DNA from: an uncultured bacterium | GTDB lineage: Bacteria; Gemmatimonadota; Gemmatimonadetes; Palauibacterales; Palauibacteraceae | Direction of reading: 5' to 3' | DNA: 64,000 nucleotides | NCBI GenBank assembly: GCA_965370685.1 | Contig: CBDUVN010000002.1 | Location: 15,065-79,064 of the forward strand | Shown here: positions 28,895 through 39,804 of the stretch, one piece after another | Layout: every line of letters begins with the position of its first letter | Numbering within the stretch: the first letter of the stretch is position 1 | Notes under the pieces: generated by a model | Seen by the model: only the letters and a program-made list of their open reading frames with translations | Told to the model about the DNA's origin: nothing | Databases searched by the model: none | Position numbers and translations under genes: made by a program

Positions 28895-30478
28895 ATGAAC
28901 GAAACAACCAGCGAGGCGATCAACCTCACGATCGACGGTGTCCAGGTCACGGTTCCGAAAGGGATGACCGTGCTCCAGGCCGCCGAGCGTGCGGGTATCG
29001 TCGTGCCTCATTACTGCTACCACCCCGGGATTCCGTCCCGTCCGGCTCAGTGCCGGATGTGCCTGGTCGAGGTCGAGGGTCAGCCGAAGCTGCAGCCTTC
29101 CTGTGTCCTGTCGGCGACGGATGGGATGTCCATCCTGACGCAGAGCGACATGGCGAAGGAAGCGCGGCGATCGGTGATCGAGTTCCTGCTGCTGAACCAT
29201 CCGATCGACTGCCCGATCTGCGATGCGGCTGGACAGTGCATGCTGCAGGACTATGCCTTCGAGACACACCAGCTCGAGAGCCGGAGTCACGAAGAGAAGC
29301 TGGTGCTCGGTCGGGACCGGATCGCGGATGACATTCTCTACTTCGCCGATCGCTGCATCCTGTGCACTCGCTGCGTGCGGTTCATGCGGGACGTGGCGGG
29401 AGACGAAGCGCTGCTCGTCGCCCAGAGGGGGCACAAGGCCTACATCGACACCTTCCCCGGCAAGGACCTGGAGAACGAGTTCCGTGGCAACATTGTCGAT
29501 GTCTGTCCGGTAGGCGCACTGGTCCACGTGGACTTCCTGTTCAAGGCCCGCTCCTGGGACATGGACTCTGCACCGAGTATCTGCCCGGGGTGCTCGAACG
29601 GCTGCAACATCGACATCGCCGTGAAGGAGAACCAGATCGTCCGGGTCAAGCCGCGCTACAACGCAGATGTGAATGGCTTCTGGATGTGCGACTACGGGCG
29701 AAAACATCTCGTTATGGCCAACCGGGGCTCACGCGTCGACCTGCCCCTGATCCGACGTGACGGAGAGCTGGAGGCCGTGCACTGGGGAGAGGCGCTCGAG
29801 TGGCTGTCGACCAACCTGCCGGAAGGGAGCTCGGGCAGCGCCGTCGTTTCGGCGCACGACTCGACCGAATCGCTGGCAGCGGTCCGGGCTTTGCTCGGAC
29901 GAATCGGTATCGACGGCGGGGGTTTCCGCCTGTCGCGGGGTGATGAGGCCGAGCTGACCGGATTCCCGCAGCTCAAGCTCCGCGCGGAGCGAGCGCCGAA
30001 TGCGGCGGGAGCAGAGTTGTTCGGGTTCAGCGAGACGAAAGCGCTTCCGGAGGTGTCGCCGGGCGACATTCTGGTCGTGGTCGGAGACCGGCTGGAGGAT
30101 GCGCCGGCCGACTACGGCTCCCGGGCGGGGTTCTTCCTTTACATCGGCAGTCATCTGTCGGACGCCGTGCGCAATGCCACGGCGATCCTCCCCGCGACGA
30201 CGTTTGCGGAGATGGAGGGGACGTTCGTCAGCCACGAGGGGCGAGTCCAGCGTTTCCACCAGGCGCTCGTTCCCCCCGGTGTCGCACGGCCGACCTGGAT
30301 GATCCTGCGCCGGCTCCTGGCGCTCGGAAGCGGGGAGAGCGGAATGCTGGAGGTGCGGGAGGCGTTTGCCGTGGCGGCGAGCGAGTCGGGTGAGCTGGCG
30401 GGGCTGAGCTGGGATGAAGTAGGACTCAAGGGCGTGAACCCGGGCGGCTCGTCCGCTCCGGCGGCGAAGCTGGGGTGA
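28895..30478 (+). CDS. nuoG: NADH-quinone oxidoreductase subunit G (short form, 527 aa)
   Basis: N-terminal 2Fe-2S and 4Fe-4S motifs (CRMCLVEV, HPIDCPICDAAGQC, CILCTRCVRF). Lacks most of the C-terminal molybdopterin-like region seen in 750-900-aa NuoG. Confidence 0.88.
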   Translation: MNETTSEAINLTIDGVQVTVPKGMTVLQAAERAGIVVPHYCYHPGIPSRPAQCRMCLVEVEGQPKLQPSCVLSATDGMSILTQSDMAKEARRSVIEFLLLNHPIDCPICDAAGQCMLQDYAFETHQLESRSHEEKLVLGRDRIADDILYFADRCILCTRCVRFMRDVAGDEALLVAQRGHKAYIDTFPGKDLENEFRGNIVDVCPVGALVHVDFLFKARSWDMDSAPSICPGCSNGCNIDIAVKENQIVRVKPRYNADVNGFWMCDYGRKHLVMANRGSRVDLPLIRRDGELEAVHWGEALEWLSTNLPEGSSGSAVVSAHDSTESLAAVRALLGRIGIDGGGFRLSRGDEAELTGFPQLKLRAERAPNAAGAELFGFSETKALPEVSPGDILVVVGDRLEDAPADYGSRAGFFLYIGSHLSDAVRNATAILPATTFAEMEGTFVSHEGRVQRFHQALVPPGVARPTWMILRRLLALGSGESGMLEVREAFAVAASESGELAGLSWDEVGLKGVNPGGSSAPAAKLG

Positions 30479-31761
30479 CGATGGAACCGATGACGGGAAC
30501 CGCGTTCGTCGTCTTCACGGCGCTGAAGGTTTTGTTGTTTTTCATCCTGCTGCTCGTGTTCGTCGCCATGTCGACCTATTTCGAGCGGAAGCTCGCCGGG
30601 TTCATCCAGAACCGGAGCGGTCCGAATCGCGTCGGCCCGCTCGGACTTCTCCAGGTGGCTGCCGATGGGCTCAAGTTCATCCTCAAGGAAGAGACCGAGC
30701 CCGGCGGAGCGAACCGGAAATTTTTCATCCTTGCACCCGTCCTGGCTTTCGTCCCGGCCACGGTCCTGTTCGCTGTACTCCCGTTCGCGGCGCCGCTGCC
30801 CACGCGCTGGGGCCTGGCGGAGATGATCGTGGCCGATGTCCCGGTCGGCTTCCTGTATGTGCTCGCGATCGCCTCGCTGGGTGTGTACGGAATCGTGCTG
30901 GGCGGCTGGGCTTCGAACTCGAAGTACTCGTTCCTCGGGGGGCTGCGTGGCTCGGCGCAGATGGTCAGCTACGAGGTCGCGCTCGCGATGAGCCTCGTGC
31001 CGGTGCTGATGCTGGTCGGCAATGTGGCAATGCCGGAGATCGTCTCTGCGCAGCAGGGATTTTCGGCGGGAGCGGGGACGTACGGCGCCTGGTTTTTCCT
31101 GCCGCTGATGTTCGCCGGGTTCGCCTTCCTCGTATCGGCGATAGCCGAGACGGGCCGGGTCCCGTTCGACATGGCGGAAGCGGAATCCGAGCTCGTCGGA
31201 GGATTCCATACGGAATACTCGGCGATGAAATTCGGGATGTTCTTCCTCGGCGAGTATGCCCACCTGATCACGACTGCGGCCCTGATCACGATCTTCTTCC
31301 TCGGCGGCTGGGACATTCCGTTCTGGGAGGGAGACAACATCCGGGTACTCGCCGACGGTACCGTGATCGGAGAGCCGACATGGTGGAAGACCCTTCTGAC
31401 GCTGGGCTCGTTCACCGTCAAGTCACTGCTACTGGTACTGTTCTTCATGTGGCTCCGGTGGACGATTCCCAGGTTCCGGTACGATCAGCTGATGGATCTC
31501 GGGTGGAAGGTCTTCATCCCGCTGCTCATGGGTTACATCATGCTGATGGGCGTGGCGATGTATCTTCTCGACAGCTGGGGAGTTCCGGTCGGACTCAAGT
31601 ACTCCGCGGCTCTCATCGGGCTGAACCTCGTAGTGATGGTGATTTTCGTATGGGTGGTCGATCGCGGGTCGATCGTCAGGGGAGCGACCGCGCGCACACG
31701 GCGGCCCCCCGGTACGGCGCCCGCGCGCACACGACCGACAGCCCCGAACGAGGCGGACTGA
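30475..31761 (+). CDS. nuoH: NADH-quinone oxidoreductase subunit H
   Basis: Motifs ERKLAGFIQNRSGPNRVGPLGLLQ, multi-TM. Short basic C-terminal tail. Confidence 0.93.
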   Translation: MTMEPMTGTAFVVFTALKVLLFFILLLVFVAMSTYFERKLAGFIQNRSGPNRVGPLGLLQVAADGLKFILKEETEPGGANRKFFILAPVLAFVPATVLFAVLPFAAPLPTRWGLAEMIVADVPVGFLYVLAIASLGVYGIVLGGWASNSKYSFLGGLRGSAQMVSYEVALAMSLVPVLMLVGNVAMPEIVSAQQGFSAGAGTYGAWFFLPLMFAGFAFLVSAIAETGRVPFDMAEAESELVGGFHTEYSAMKFGMFFLGEYAHLITTAALITIFFLGGWDIPFWEGDNIRVLADGTVIGEPTWWKTLLTLGSFTVKSLLLVLFFMWLRWTIPRFRYDQLMDLGWKVFIPLLMGYIMLMGVAMYLLDSWGVPVGLKYSAALIGLNLVVMVIFVWVVDRGSIVRGATARTRRPPGTAPARTRPTAPNEAD

Positions 31762-31762
31762 G

Positions 31763-32256
31763 ATGCCTGGAAGCGTAAAGGTTGTCGTGAGGCCGGAAGC
31801 CAGTGCGTCCTACGTGCGTGCGATCTCCACGGGCCTGGGGATCACGCTCAAGCACATGGTGAGACCGAAGAAACAGACACAGCAGTATCCTGACGAAAAA
31901 TGGGACCTCTCCCGCCGGCTGCGCGGGACACATCGGATGGCGACTCACGAGGACGGTCGTGCCAAGTGCGTCGGTTGCGGGCTGTGCCCGACGGTATGTC
32001 CGGTCAACTGTATCAAGCTGATCCCGGCGGAGGATGAGAACGGGGAGCGGTACGCGGCGGTGTATGAGATCGACGAGTTCCGCTGCATTTTCTGTGGGTT
32101 CTGCCAGGAAGTCTGCCCGGTGGAAGCCATCCACCTCGGAGTCCATTACGAAAACGCCGAGTACAGCCGCGAACGCTGGGTCTACGACCTGGAACGGCTG
32201 ACGGAGCTGGACCATCCGTTTACGGCATTGTGGGACCCCTTCGACCCGGCATCAGA

Positions 32257-32260
<4 letters not shown>
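31763..32260 (+). CDS. nuoI: NADH-quinone oxidoreductase subunit I
   Basis: Two 4Fe-4S ferredoxin motifs, CVGCGLCPTVCP and CIFCGFCQEVCP. Confidence 0.93.
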
Positions 32261-32784
<524 letters not shown>

Positions 32785-32794
32785 GGCTTCGAGC

Positions 32795-33100
32795 ATGAAT
32801 CTGGACATCGAGACCGCAGCGCTGATTCTCAGCGCATTCCTGTTCGCCGTCGGGACGGCGGGCGTACTCGTCCGCCGAAACGCGATCATCGTGTTCATGT
32901 GTGTGGAGTTGATGCTCAACGCCGTGAATCTGACCCTGGTCGTGTTCTCCCGGTCGCTCGGGCTCGAGGCGCAGGTGCTGGTGCTCTTCGTCATGGCCGT
33001 TGCCGCCGCGGAGGCGGCAGTCGGCCTCGCGATCTTCATTGCGATCTTCAGACATTACGAGGGTCTGGATGTCGATCGCTTCAACCTTCTGAGGTGGTGA
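32795..33100 (+). CDS. nuoK: NADH-quinone oxidoreductase subunit K
   Basis: 101 aa, 3 TM, motif MCVELMLNA. Confidence 0.9.
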   Translation: MNLDIETAALILSAFLFAVGTAGVLVRRNAIIVFMCVELMLNAVNLTLVVFSRSLGLEAQVLVLFVMAVAAAEAAVGLAIFIAIFRHYEGLDVDRFNLLRW

Positions 33101-33104
33101 TCCG

Positions 33105-35126
33105 GTGGTGAGCCTGCCATTGCTCCTTCAGGAGGCGCATGCGGCGTACGAACCGATCCTCCCGGTGTGGATACTTCTCCTGCCGTTGATCGGGGCCGTC
33201 GTGAACGGCATCGGGGCGTTCATGTGGCGCGGAAACAAATCGATTCCGAGCCTCGTCGGACCGCTCGCCGTGATCGGCGCGTTCGTGATCGTCGTTCTGA
33301 ACTTCGTCGCGATGCTGGCGGCCGCACCCCACGATCCGGCGATCGTGTCGCTGTGGACGTGGATGGCAGCCGGTGACCTGAGAGTCGGAGTCGATCTTCA
33401 GTTCGATCAGCTCTCGATGCTGATGCTGCTCGTGGTCACCGGCGTGAGTTCGGTGATCCACGTGTACAGCGTCGGATACATGAGGGAGGATCCAGGCTAT
33501 TCGCGCTACTTCGCGTACCTGAACCTGTTCGTGTTCTTCATGGTCGTGCTCGTGCTCGGGGCGAACTTCGCGATCACGTTTGTGGGGTGGGAGGGCGTCG
33601 GTCTCTGCTCGTATCTGCTGATCGGGTTCTGGTACGAGAACCAGGACTTCGCGAGCGCCGGCAAGAAGGCGTTCGTGGTCAACCGGATCGGCGACTTCGG
33701 TTTTCTCATCGGGATGTTTCTGATCTTCGTTCACTTCGGCACTCTCAACTACGCGCAGGTGTTCGCGGCCGCTCCGGCGACCCTCGCGTATGGCGGAGTC
33801 GTCGTGACGACGATCACGCTGTTCCTGTTCCTCGGGTGTACCGGTAAATCGGCGCAGATCCCCCTGTACGTATGGCTGCCCGACGCCATGGCCGGCCCGA
33901 CACCAGTCTCGGCGCTGATTCACGCGGCGACGATGGTCACGGCGGGCGTCTACCTGGTCGCTCGGACGAGCGTTCTGTTCGCGATGTCGCCGGTATCGCA
34001 GGCGGTCGTCGCGGCTGTCGGGGCGGGCACTGCGCTGCTCGCGGCGACCATAGCCACGCAGCAGAACGACATCAAGAAGGTCCTGGCCTACAGCACGGTT
34101 TCACAGCTCGGGTACATGTTCCTCGCAGTCGGTATCGGAGCGTACACGGCCGGCATATTCCACCTGATGACGCACGCGTTCTTCAAGGCGCTTCTGTTCC
34201 TCGGCTCGGGCGCGGTGATCCACGCCATGCACCACGCGTATCACGAGGTGCACAGCGACGAGGACCCGAATGACATGCGGAACCAGGGTGGGCTCCGTCG
34301 CTACATGCCGATCACGTTCGCGACCATGTGGGTCGGCACGCTGGCGATCTCGGGGATCATTCCGTTCGCCGGGTTCTTCTCGAAGGACGAGATCATCTGG
34401 TATACGGGCGCGTATGGCTATGGAATCCTGTGGGGCCTGGCGCTCGTCGTGGCGATGCTCACGGCCGGTTACATGACACGTCTGATGGTGATGACGTTCT
34501 ACGGCGAAAATCGCACCGGAGAGAACGCGAAGTCGCACCTGCACGAGGTGCCTGCTGTGATGTGGATACCGCTCGCCATTCTCGCGGTGCTGTCCGTGGT
34601 CGGCGGCTGGGTGGCCATTCCGGATGCTCTGCCGGTCCTTCCCGGTGTGAACGCGCTGCACGACTGGCTGCACCCGATATTCGCTCCGGCACGCGGCATC
34701 CTGGAATCTCATGGCCTGCAAGAGGCGCACTCTTCCCCGATCGGGGGCGGAGAGGCGATGTGGGCCGGAATCTCGACTGTGGCTGCCGCGGTCGTGATCC
34801 TTCTGACCTTCCGGGCGCTGATCCACCGGAGCTGGAAGCCGGCGGCGGAGTCGGTCGAGCCGACGGGGCTGGCCGGAGTGCTGTACAACAAGTGGTACGT
34901 GGACGAGTTGTACGACCGCATGGTCATTCTTCCACTCCTCGCCCTGTGGCGCGGATGCTGGCGGATCGTCGATGATGGATTGATCGACGGCTCGATCAAC
35001 GGGCTCGCTGCGAGCACGCGAGCGGTCGGCTGGATCGGCAGCCTGTTCCAGACCGGCCGGGTCTCGACGTACATGTTCTACTTCGTTACGGGGGTGCTGG
35101 TGATCCTCGCAACCTTCCTGTTCTGA
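33105..35126 (+). CDS. nuoL: NADH-quinone oxidoreductase subunit L
   Basis: 673 aa antiporter-like subunit with long horizontal-helix C-terminus. GTG start. Confidence 0.93.
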   Translation: MVSLPLLLQEAHAAYEPILPVWILLLPLIGAVVNGIGAFMWRGNKSIPSLVGPLAVIGAFVIVVLNFVAMLAAAPHDPAIVSLWTWMAAGDLRVGVDLQFDQLSMLMLLVVTGVSSVIHVYSVGYMREDPGYSRYFAYLNLFVFFMVVLVLGANFAITFVGWEGVGLCSYLLIGFWYENQDFASAGKKAFVVNRIGDFGFLIGMFLIFVHFGTLNYAQVFAAAPATLAYGGVVVTTITLFLFLGCTGKSAQIPLYVWLPDAMAGPTPVSALIHAATMVTAGVYLVARTSVLFAMSPVSQAVVAAVGAGTALLAATIATQQNDIKKVLAYSTVSQLGYMFLAVGIGAYTAGIFHLMTHAFFKALLFLGSGAVIHAMHHAYHEVHSDEDPNDMRNQGGLRRYMPITFATMWVGTLAISGIIPFAGFFSKDEIIWYTGAYGYGILWGLALVVAMLTAGYMTRLMVMTFYGENRTGENAKSHLHEVPAVMWIPLAILAVLSVVGGWVAIPDALPVLPGVNALHDWLHPIFAPARGILESHGLQEAHSSPIGGGEAMWAGISTVAAAVVILLTFRALIHRSWKPAAESVEPTGLAGVLYNKWYVDELYDRMVILPLLALWRGCWRIVDDGLIDGSINGLAASTRAVGWIGSLFQTGRVSTYMFYFVTGVLVILATFLF

Positions 35127-35139
35127 GCGGAATCGAGCC

Positions 35140-36711
35140 GTGAGCTTCTTCGAGAGTCACTGGGTACTTACGGTCCTTGTGCTGCTTCCGCTGGCCGGCG
35201 GTGTCGCGTGCCTGTTCGTGGGCGAGGACGATGCGAAGCACGTTGCGCTGGCGACGAGCGTCGTGGCGTTTCTGGTGTCACTCCCGCTGTTCTGGACGTT
35301 CCGGGAGGGTACGGCGGCTCTGCAGAACTACGTGTCGATACCGTGGATCGGGCAGTGGGGCATCAGCTACACCGTGGGCATCGACGGCATCTCGCTGTTG
35401 ATGGTACTGCTCACCACCTTCATGATGCCGATGGCGATCCTCGGATCGTACAGCTACATCAAACGTCAGCAGCAACCGTACTACGCGATGCTGCTGATGC
35501 TGATGAGCGCGATGATCGGTGTATTCGTCGCGCTGGACCTGTTCCTGTTCTTCCTGTTCTGGGAGCTGATGCTCATCCCGATGTACTTCATCATCGGGGT
35601 GTGGGGCGGAGAGCGGAGGATCTACGCGGCCATCAAGTTCTTCCTGTTCACGGCCGTGGGCTCCCTGCTGATGCTGGTCGCGATCGTCACCCTCGTTTAC
35701 CTGTACTACCGGCAGTTCGGCGTCGTGACCTTCGCGTACAACGACCTGGTGCAGCTCCCTGTCACACGATCGCTTCAGTTCTGGCTGTTCTCGGCCTTCG
35801 CGCTCGCATTCGCGATCAAGGTACCGCTGTTCCCGTTCCACACATGGCTCCCGGACGCACACGTCGAGGCGCCGACCGCGGGCTCGGTGATCCTCGCCGG
35901 AGTGCTCCTGAAGATGGGAACGTACGGTTTTCTGCGGTTTGCCATGCCGTTTTTCTCGTATGCGGCGACAAGCGATCTGGTGGTGAACACGATTATCGTG
36001 CTCAGCCTGATCGGAATCATCTACGGGGCCTGGGTCGCGGCCGTACAGCCGGATGCGAAGAAGCTCGTGGCGTACACGTCGGTCGCCCACCTCGGATTCG
36101 TGATGCTCGGTCTGTTCGCCCTGACCTCCGAGTCGGTGCAGGGCGGGATCCTCCAGATGGTGAATCACGGAATCTCCACCGGGGCGCTGTTCCTGTTGGT
36201 CGGGATGCTGTACGAGCGGCGCCACACCCGGATGATCGAGGACTTCGGGGGCATCGCGAAGGTGATGCCGTTCTTCGCGTTCGCTTTCGTGGTGGTGGCC
36301 CTGAGCTCGATCGGACTTCCCGGGACGAACGGATTCGTCGGAGAGTTCCTGATCCTCATCGGAACGTTCAAGACACATCCGGTGGCCGCGACGATCGCGG
36401 CGACGGGCGTGGTCTTCGCGGCGGCCTATATGCTGCCGATGGTCCAGCGAATCCTGTATGGCCCGATCGATAACGACGAGAACCGTGGCCTGACCGACCT
36501 CAGTCTGCGTGAGCGGATCGTCCTGCTGCCGGCACTGGTGATGATCATCGTGATCGGTGTGTTTCCCGGACCGTTCCTGACCCGGACGGCACCGTCGGTG
36601 AACGCACTTCTTGAACAGATCGACGTGCGGGCGGCCCAGGCTCCGGTGGAGGCCCCGGGGGCGGACGACCGCTTCGATCACATGCTGATCCTCGGCGTGG
36701 ACGGGGATTGA
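35140..36711 (+). CDS. nuoM: NADH-quinone oxidoreductase subunit M
   Basis: 523 aa antiporter-like subunit. Confidence 0.93.
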   Translation: MSFFESHWVLTVLVLLPLAGGVACLFVGEDDAKHVALATSVVAFLVSLPLFWTFREGTAALQNYVSIPWIGQWGISYTVGIDGISLLMVLLTTFMMPMAILGSYSYIKRQQQPYYAMLLMLMSAMIGVFVALDLFLFFLFWELMLIPMYFIIGVWGGERRIYAAIKFFLFTAVGSLLMLVAIVTLVYLYYRQFGVVTFAYNDLVQLPVTRSLQFWLFSAFALAFAIKVPLFPFHTWLPDAHVEAPTAGSVILAGVLLKMGTYGFLRFAMPFFSYAATSDLVVNTIIVLSLIGIIYGAWVAAVQPDAKKLVAYTSVAHLGFVMLGLFALTSESVQGGILQMVNHGISTGALFLLVGMLYERRHTRMIEDFGGIAKVMPFFAFAFVVVALSSIGLPGTNGFVGEFLILIGTFKTHPVAATIAATGVVFAAAYMLPMVQRILYGPIDNDENRGLTDLSLRERIVLLPALVMIIVIGVFPGPFLTRTAPSVNALLEQIDVRAAQAPVEAPGADDRFDHMLILGVDGD

Positions 36712-36724
36712 GAGGGTTGACGAC

Positions 36725-38287
36725 GTGATTCTGGACTTCAGCTCACAGCTCCACTACTTCTGGGCGCTGCTGCCGGAAATCGTCGTGTCCGTGACGGCAT
36801 TGGCGGTCCTGCTGTTCGACGTGTTCCAGCGTGGGAGCAGAGGTGCGCCGAGTGCCCCGTGGATCGGAGCCCTGGCCGTGGCGGGCGTGCTGGTGGCCGC
36901 GGTCGCCAACGCGTGGCTCCTGACGGTCGAGGTCCCGGGCGACAATGCCATGATCGCCGTGGACGGATTTCGTGTCGCGACGAACTTCATCATCCTCGGG
37001 GCCACGGCGCTGGGGCTGCTGTTTTCCTTCGACTGGCTGGATCGCGAGGGACTCCGGATCGGCGAATTCTTCTTCCTGGTCCTGATGGCTGCCGTCGGCA
37101 TGATGATGCTCGGTGGAACCCGGGATCTGATCGTCCTGTTCGTGGCGGTCGAGCTGATGTCGATCTCGGTGTACATACTCACCGGGATCAACCGCCGGGA
37201 CCGCAGGTCGTCGGAGGCGGCGCTCAAGTACTTCCTCATGGGAGCATTCGCCAGCGGTTTCCTGTTGTACGGGATCGCGCTGATCTTCGGAGCGGTCGGA
37301 AGCATGAATCTCAGCCTCGTGACAGCTGAGATCGCCAGGGGGACGGAGGCGCGCAACCCTCTGCTGTTCGCCGGCGTCGCGCTGTTGCTGGTGGGATTCG
37401 GGTTCAAGGTGTCGGCCGTTCCGTTCCACATGTGGACGCCGGACACGTACGAAGGTGCGCCTACCCCGGTGACAGGGTTCATGGCGGCCGGGGTAAAGGC
37501 CGCGGGATTCGCGGCGATTCTCCGGATCGTGACGATCGAGCTTGCGCCAGCCGAGGCCTTCTGGGGAGGGATCGTCTGGTGGCTGGCGATGCTTACGATG
37601 ATCGTTCCGAACCTGATCGCGCTGGCAGAGGACGACGTCAAGCGTATGCTCGCGTACTCATCCATCGCTCACGCCGGCTACCTGCTCGTCGGAGTCGCGG
37701 CCGGAAGCTCGTTCGGCCGGTCTGCGGTGCTGTTTTACCTTGGTGTGTACGCGATCATGACTCTCGGAGCGTTCGCGGTCGTATATGTGATCGCAGGGAA
37801 AGGTGATACCCGGTCAAAACTCTCCGATTTCCGCGGTCTCGGCTGGCGGCGCCCGCTGCTCGGAGCGGCCTTCCTGATATTCCTCCTGTCGCTGGCCGGT
37901 TTTCCGCCGACGGGGGGATTCATCGGCAAGCTGTACCTGCTGAGCGCGGCAGTGGAAGCAGGTGAAATAGCCCTGGCGATCACGCTGGTGCTCACGAGCT
38001 TGATTTCCTACTACTATTATCTCCGCGTGATCTGGAAGATGTACTTCGAAGTCGCGCCGGAGGATGCACCGGAGCTCGATCGGACCGGACCGGCATTCCG
38101 CTTCGCTGCGGCCGTTGCAGTGATTGCCCTGCTCGTGGCCGGGCTGTTCCCCGGTCATGCATTACGAACTGTGAGCGGGATCGGAGAGGATCTGACGCCT
38201 CGTTCCGCGGTAACAACGCCGGGGATCGGACAGCAGGGCGCCGTTCCACCGCCACGAGTCGTGCCCCCGCCCGCCGAACGGAGCTGA
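36725..38287 (+). CDS. nuoN: NADH-quinone oxidoreductase subunit N
   Basis: 520 aa antiporter-like subunit. Last gene of the operon. Confidence 0.92.
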   Translation: MILDFSSQLHYFWALLPEIVVSVTALAVLLFDVFQRGSRGAPSAPWIGALAVAGVLVAAVANAWLLTVEVPGDNAMIAVDGFRVATNFIILGATALGLLFSFDWLDREGLRIGEFFFLVLMAAVGMMMLGGTRDLIVLFVAVELMSISVYILTGINRRDRRSSEAALKYFLMGAFASGFLLYGIALIFGAVGSMNLSLVTAEIARGTEARNPLLFAGVALLLVGFGFKVSAVPFHMWTPDTYEGAPTPVTGFMAAGVKAAGFAAILRIVTIELAPAEAFWGGIVWWLAMLTMIVPNLIALAEDDVKRMLAYSSIAHAGYLLVGVAAGSSFGRSAVLFYLGVYAIMTLGAFAVVYVIAGKGDTRSKLSDFRGLGWRRPLLGAAFLIFLLSLAGFPPTGGFIGKLYLLSAAVEAGEIALAITLVLTSLISYYYYLRVIWKMYFEVAPEDAPELDRTGPAFRFAAAVAVIALLVAGLFPGHALRTVSGIGEDLTPRSAVTTPGIGQQGAVPPPRVVPPPAERS

Positions 38288-38306
38288 ATGCCGGCTCATG
38301 AGCTCG

Positions 38307-38375
38307 CCGCCGGGGCGCACCCTCCCCGGCGGGCTGGCGGCTCGTGAGTCCGGGCTCGAGAGAAGCCCGGAGGAT
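38307..38375 (+). terminator. two consecutive GC-rich hairpins (CCGCCGGGG-N8-CCCCGGCGG and UCCGGGC-N9-GCCCGGA) after nuoN
   Basis: Seen directly. Begins 20 nt after the nuoN stop, followed by GGAUUUGAGG. Confidence 0.55.
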
Positions 38376-38414
38376 TTGAGGTCCGGCCCGGCCGTTTCCC
38401 TTATAGAGGTCTCA

Positions 38415-39794
38415 ATGAATCTATCTCGAACCATTTTCCGTGAGTACGACATCCGGGGCATCGTCGGCGACGATCTGACGATAGAAGTCGTGCGAGCTGT
38501 GGGTCGTGCGTACGCCTCCAGGCTCCGCGCGATGACCGGACTGGGGGCTCCGCGCATCACCGTCGGGCACGACAACCGGCCCAGCTCGCCAGAGCTGGCC
38601 CGGGCCATGTGCGCCGGGCTCAACGAATCCGGAGCGGATGTCATCCTGATCGACACGGTGCCCACGCCGACGCTGTACTTCGCCGACAAGGAGTTCGGCA
38701 CCGACGGCGGAATCATGATCACCGGCTCTCACAACCCGCCCGAGTACAACGGAATCAAGATGGTCGCGGGCGGAGGCTCTCTGTACGGTGAGGCGATCCA
38801 GGATCTGTATCGGAGGATCGAGGCCGACGACTATCTGGATGGAGCGGGGACGACGGAGCGACGGCAGATCCTCGAACGATACGTGGAGGCAGTGTCGGAC
38901 GCCATCGATATGCCGGCACCGATCAAGGTCGTTCTCGACTGCGGAAACGGTACCGGCAGCGTGGTGGCCTGCGAGGCGCTAAAGGCAGCCGGGATCGAAG
39001 TGATTCCCCTGTACTGTGAATCCGATGGGTCGTTTCCGAACCATCACCCGGATCCGACGGTGGACGAGAACCTGGTCGACCTGATCGCCCTGGTCAGGGA
39101 GACCGGCGCGGCCATCGGGATCGGACTGGACGGCGACGCGGACCGGATCGGGGCCGTGGACGAGAACGGGACGATCGTCCGGGGAGACCACCTCCTCCTG
39201 TTGTACGCGCTGGACATTCTCCAGACCCACCCGGGCGCCGAAGTCGTGTTCGACGTGAAGTGCTCCAAGGCGCTTCCAGAGATGATCGAAGCGGCAGGCG
39301 GGGTTCCCGTGATGTGGCGGACGGGGCATTCACTGATCAAGGAGCGTATGAAGGCCGGCGGCTCTCCCGTGGCGGGAGAAATGAGCGGGCATATCTGCCT
39401 GGCGGATCGCTGGAACGGCGTGGACGACGCCATCTACGATGCCGCCCGCCTGGCGGAGCTGGTCGCGCGGAGCGGGGAGCCACTGTCACGACTGGCGGCC
39501 CGCATCCCGTCTTACCCGTCGACGCCGGAAATCCGTGTGGACTGCTCGGAGGAGGAGAAGTTCGACATCGTAGACCGGACGGTAGACCACTACCGTGAAT
39601 CGCATGAGGTCATCGAGATCGACGGCGCCCGCGTGCTGTTCGACGACGGATGGGCATTGATCCGGGCGAGCAATACGCAGCCCGTGATCGTCTGCCGGTT
39701 CGAGGCCGACACTCCGGATGCCCTGCAACGGATTCGGGATGACGTGGCCGAGTGGCTGGCGGAGCAGGGCGTGACCGTTCCCGCTCTGGACTGA
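38415..39794 (+). CDS. phosphomannomutase/phosphoglucomutase
   Basis: Active-site TGSHNPPEYNGIK, metal loop GLDGDADR. Confidence 0.87.
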   Translation: MNLSRTIFREYDIRGIVGDDLTIEVVRAVGRAYASRLRAMTGLGAPRITVGHDNRPSSPELARAMCAGLNESGADVILIDTVPTPTLYFADKEFGTDGGIMITGSHNPPEYNGIKMVAGGGSLYGEAIQDLYRRIEADDYLDGAGTTERRQILERYVEAVSDAIDMPAPIKVVLDCGNGTGSVVACEALKAAGIEVIPLYCESDGSFPNHHPDPTVDENLVDLIALVRETGAAIGIGLDGDADRIGAVDENGTIVRGDHLLLLYALDILQTHPGAEVVFDVKCSKALPEMIEAAGGVPVMWRTGHSLIKERMKAGGSPVAGEMSGHICLADRWNGVDDAIYDAARLAELVARSGEPLSRLAARIPSYPSTPEIRVDCSEEEKFDIVDRTVDHYRESHEVIEIDGARVLFDDGWALIRASNTQPVIVCRFEADTPDALQRIRDDVAEWLAEQGVTVPALD

Positions 39795-39804
39795 GGAACC
39801 GGAG